Below, one piece after another: positions 61,201-64,000 of a DNA stretch of 64,000 bases. The notes below the pieces were generated by a model. It was not told the origin of the DNA. It ran no database searches and saw only the letters and a list, made by a program, of their open reading frames with translations. Position 1 is the first letter of the stretch, and every line of letters begins with the position of its first letter. The stretch covers positions 45,324,001 to 45,388,000 of the forward strand of contig OZ249436.1 in the NCBI GenBank assembly GCA_965235115.1, read 5' to 3'. This stretch comes from Laetmonice hystrix. Taxonomy: Eukaryota. The position numbers and the translations under genes were made by a program.

Positions 61201-63884
61201 GAAGCCAGGGGAGAATGGGAATGCTGCACGGATCCTTAAATTTACTAATGTGCTAGATGTGAATGTGCTCCTTAATATCTTGGTATCTTTCAATCTCGAA
61301 TGTTTCGCACCCCTCCAATCGCGCCCCTAGAAGTACATATTATTATTTTCAAGAGCTTTTACTTTTCATCTTTTCACTTTTCAAAGGGACAAGCAATTTA
61401 AAAATGTTGCTCTGCTGGCTCTGCTGGTGTGCAGGCCATTATTATAAAGAGGACCAAAAGGAAATATAAAGAGGACTCTGAAATGAAAGCTCTGGCCTGC
61501 ATGCACGTTGATCTTGTATTGTATCACTGACCTCCATTCTGTCGTATTTTTGAGGGGATCCCCTAAAGACTGGCTTATCTTTGATATCAATGTTTGATAT
61601 CAATGTTTGATATCAATGTTTGATATCAATGTTTGATATCAATGTTTGATATCAATGTTTGATATCAATGTTTGATATCAATGTTTGATATCAATGTTTG
61701 ATATCAATGTTTGATATCAATGTTTGATATCAATCTTTGATATCAATCTTTGATATCAATCTTTGATATCAATCTTTGATATCAATCTCAAGGGAGAACG
61801 CTAAAAAACATGATTTGATTCTGAAATATATTAAAGGAGAACTCCCCCTGCAGCTTTTTATTTGATAGATCTTAAGGGGAAACACTCATCTTCAAACTTT
61901 ATTTATTATTTACCTTAAAAAGGACTCTAGTGATCGGCCCTTTGTTGTGCTGTATATTAAAGTAGATCATTTTCAGGCTTCCATTTGTTGGATCTTAAAG
62001 GCAAACACTCATCTTCAGGCTTTCCTTGTACTTAATCTTAGCGTTGAACCCTCTATCTGTAGGCTTTCCTTACTTAACCTGAGGGGGGAACCCTAATCTG
62101 TAGGCTTTTCTTGTACTTAATTTTAGCGGGGAACGGTAATCTGTAGGCTTTTCTTGCGCTATATCTTAAAGGAGACCCCTTCCCTTTAGGATTTTTTTGT
62201 ATCTTAAAGGATGACCGTCACCTGCAGACTTCCCTTCTGGGCATACATCATGAGGACACAGACGTTCGGGGAGTCAGTGCACGCTCCGATGAAATGGTTG
62301 ACGTTCTCGTGGTTGAGCTCCCTCATCTGTGCGAACAAAGTACGTTGTAACTTGATTTTTATTATAAAATAAATAAATGATCTGAGCACGCATTCCATCG
62401 ATTCTCCTCTGTTCAGGAAATCTGTGCACATCAAATACACCTAATTGCTATTTAAAAATTAGTTCTAAGAGTTATATAAATTAATTTCATTTCAAAGAGT
62501 TTGGCTCATTATCAGTAAATGATTTCAAAAGAAACAACGACCCCTTATTTTTTCTTCAACATCAACAATAATAAAGATTTGTTCTTCCCTTCAGATCTCC
62601 TAAAGATACCGGCTAGTTCCTTCTTCTTTTAGCATTAACCTCACGTCTCTTTGAACTTCTTCACAGAGAAATTGATTTCTATCAAGGTAACGTCGTACAA
62701 CAAAGCCAAAGGGAGCTTTGTGGCAACTGAGTGTTCGGATCATATCTTTAGTATGTGACTCCAGAGGTGGCCTGTAAGGTACCACCCGGCGTCACCTCCA
62801 CTTTGTAACCCTCCACCAGCTGTAATACATCCAGTCCCACTCTGTAATACATCCACTCCACCCTGTAAGACATCCACTCCACTCTGTAATACATCCACTC
62901 CACTCTGTAAGACATCCACTCCACTCTGTAATACATCCAGTCCACTCTGTAATACACCCACTCCACTCTGTAATACATCCACTCCACCCTGTAATACATC
63001 CACTCCACTCTGTAATACATCCACTCCACTCTGTAATACATCCACTCCACTCTGTAATACATCCACTCCACTCTGTAATACATCCACTCGACTCTGTAAG
63101 ACATCCACTCGACTCTGTAAGACATCCACTCGACTCTGTAAGACATCCACTCGACTCTGTAAGACATCCACTCCACTCTGTAATACATCCACTCCACTCT
63201 GTAATACATCCACTCCACTCTGTAAGACATCCACTCCACTCTGTAAGACATCCACGCGACTCTGTAAGACATCCACTCGACTCTGTAAGACATCCACTCG
63301 ACTCTGTAAGACATCCACTCCAATCTGTAATACATCCACTCCACTCTGTAATACATCCACTCCACTCTGTAATACATCCACTCCACTCTGTAATACATCA
63401 ACTCCACTCTGTAATACATTCACTCCACTCTGTAATACATCAACTCCACTCTGTAATACATCCACTCCACTCTGTAATACATCCACTCCACTCTGTAATA
63501 CATCCACTCCACTCTGTAATACATCCACTCCACTCTGTAATACATCCACTCCACTCTGTAATACATCCACTCCACTATGTAATACATCCACTCCACTCTG
63601 TAATACATCCACTCCACTATGTAATACATCCACTCCACTCTGTAATACATCCACTCCACTCTGTAATACATCCACTCCACTCTGTAATACATCCACTCCA
63701 CTATGTAATACATCCAGTCCACTCTGTAATACATCCACTCCACTCTGTAATACATCCACTCCACTCCAACTAATCCCCCACCACTTGTAACAAATCTACC
63801 TACCTGTTTAAACTCCAGTAATATGACTCTGTCACGTTCGTCAACGCAGGATTTCTCGATTTTCTTAACGGCAGCCATTTTGCC
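51026..63884 (-). CDS. Receptor (membrane) guanylyl cyclase, NPR/GC-type, 3' part: kinase-homology domain, coiled coil and cyclase; exons 63884-63804, 62326-62222, 58780-58709, 57843-57684, 57248-57096, 56834-56660, 56144-56004, 55519-55396, 55108-55040, 52865-52691, 52303-52205, 51846-51755, 51133-51026
   Basis: All GT-AG and phase-consistent. Motifs [97 protein letters not shown]; the GTP-specifying Glu and Cys are present. The 5' part lies beyond the window end. Confidence 0.93.
51755..51846 (-). CDS. GC exon ([30 protein letters not shown])
   Basis: tttaag / gtaagt, phase 1-0. Confidence 0.9.
52205..52303 (-). CDS. GC exon ([32 protein letters not shown])
   Basis: cttcag / gtgaga, phase 1-1. 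Confidence 0.92.
52313..52496. repeat. 60-bp unit x3, ending just upstream of the GC acceptor at 52303
   Basis: aacaacgtgtcaatgcaccattaatggctcatcatacaccgatcaacacctcctaatact. Confidence 0.92.
52691..52865 (-). CDS. GC exon ([15 protein letters not shown]...LRIGIHT)
   Basis: tggcag acceptor is the last unit of the 38-bp array; gtgggt donor. Confidence 0.9.
52839..54760 (-). repeat. 38/32-bp array containing the 3' splice site and VETIGDAYM codons of GC; about 50 copies
   Basis: Minus-strand unit TATGTTGGCAG|GTTGAGACGATAGGTGACGCTTACATG. Confidence 0.97.
55040..55108 (-). CDS. GC exon ([23 protein letters not shown])
   Basis: gtttag / gttagt, 69 nt. Confidence 0.9.
55396..55519 (-). CDS. GC exon ([41 protein letters not shown])
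   Basis: acccag / gtggga, phase 2-0. Confidence 0.9.
55514..55749 (-). repeat. 104-bp repeat (2.3 copies) spanning the GC acceptor at 55519
   Basis: acgggcctgggtgggacaaaccggaccg at 55514, 55618 (one mismatch) and 55722. Confidence 0.88.
56004..56144 (-). CDS. GC exon, coiled-coil hinge ([27 protein letters not shown]...LLYNILP)
   Basis: tgacag / gtaaat, phase 2-2. Confidence 0.9.
56660..56834 (-). CDS. GC exon ([15 protein letters not shown]...[16 protein letters not shown]...)
   Basis: aaccag / gtatga, phase 1-2. Confidence 0.9.
57096..57248 (-). CDS. GC exon ([11 protein letters not shown]...[14 protein letters not shown]...)
   Basis: gtgtag / gtgaga, phase 1-1. Confidence 0.9.
57684..57843 (-). 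CDS. GC exon, minimal form ([36 protein letters not shown]...NES); can extend in frame to 58434
   Basis: ttacag / gtacgt, phase 0 to 1; seven further in-frame acceptors upstream. Confidence 0.88.
57773..58446 (-). repeat. 84-bp in-frame array (one 87-bp unit) of acceptor plus kinase-homology catalytic-loop codons; 8 copies
   Basis: TGGTTACAG|GGGATGGCC with exon starts at 58434, 58347, 58263, 58179, 58095, 58011, 57927, 57843. Confidence 0.97.
58709..58780 (-). CDS. GC exon ([24 protein letters not shown])
   Basis: ctgtag / gtaatt, 72 nt. Confidence 0.9.
58838..61088. repeat. 42-bp intronic minisatellite, about 53 copies, two interspersed variants (cagcccgaac / caggttaaac)
   Basis: gggcaccccatctcacagNNNNaacggttcagtttagataat. 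Confidence 0.97.
61580..61787. repeat. 13-bp tandem repeat with a palindromic core TTGATATCAA, about 16 copies
   Basis: tttgatatcaatg repeated, switching to tttgatatcaatc at the right end. Confidence 0.95.
62222..62326 (-). CDS. GC exon ([35 protein letters not shown])
   Basis: cacag / gtgacg, 105 nt. Confidence 0.9.
62820..63768. repeat. 21-bp intronic minisatellite (ctgtaatacatccactccact), about 45 copies
   Basis: Direct reading; starts about 35 nt into the intron after the donor at 63803. Confidence 0.97.
63804..63884 (-). CDS. GC exon ([27 protein letters not shown])
   Basis: ttgcag / gtaggt, 81 nt, phase 0-0. Confidence 0.85.
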
Positions 63885-64000
63885 CTGCAAGTGAAGCGGC
63901 GAGACGAAAGGCCATCAGTGACGGATCCAGGGACCCAAACATGTGGATGCAAGGCATTGATTGATATGAATACCATTCAGTGACGGATCCAAGGACCCAA

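Noticed and set aside
62740..63759. 339-aa heptad ORF (VDVLQSG)n resembling a coiled coil
   Set aside because: A 21-bp minisatellite inside a GC intron whose flanking exons join in phase without it

Overview
Eukaryotic, intron-containing DNA; its SINE/MITE content suggests a marine invertebrate (inference). It holds three protein-coding loci. (1) The 3' part of a plus-strand SLC9B/NHA cation-proton antiporter gene (exons 6319-14177), with a duplicated, phase-compatible alternative terminal exon at 15308-15541. (2) A cluster of intronless Tret1/GLUT8-like sugar porters: one frameshifted copy, two intact copies in opposite orientation, one deleted mosaic fragment and short C-terminal remnants, separated by composite repeats, MITEs, SINEs and a LINE 3' end. 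(3) The 3' part of a minus-strand receptor guanylyl cyclase gene (13 phase-consistent exons, 63884-51026). The standout structure is a set of tandem arrays whose units are copies of an exon-intron junction. At least six junctions in two unrelated genes are amplified 3 to about 50 times, always into the intron, with the intact exon at the end of the array. In one case (84-bp unit in the cyclase kinase-homology domain) all 8 acceptors are in frame and stop-free. Most long ORFs in the supplied track are read-throughs of tandem repeats, not genes. Gene models were assembled by eye from GT-AG sites and codon phase; no database search was run.
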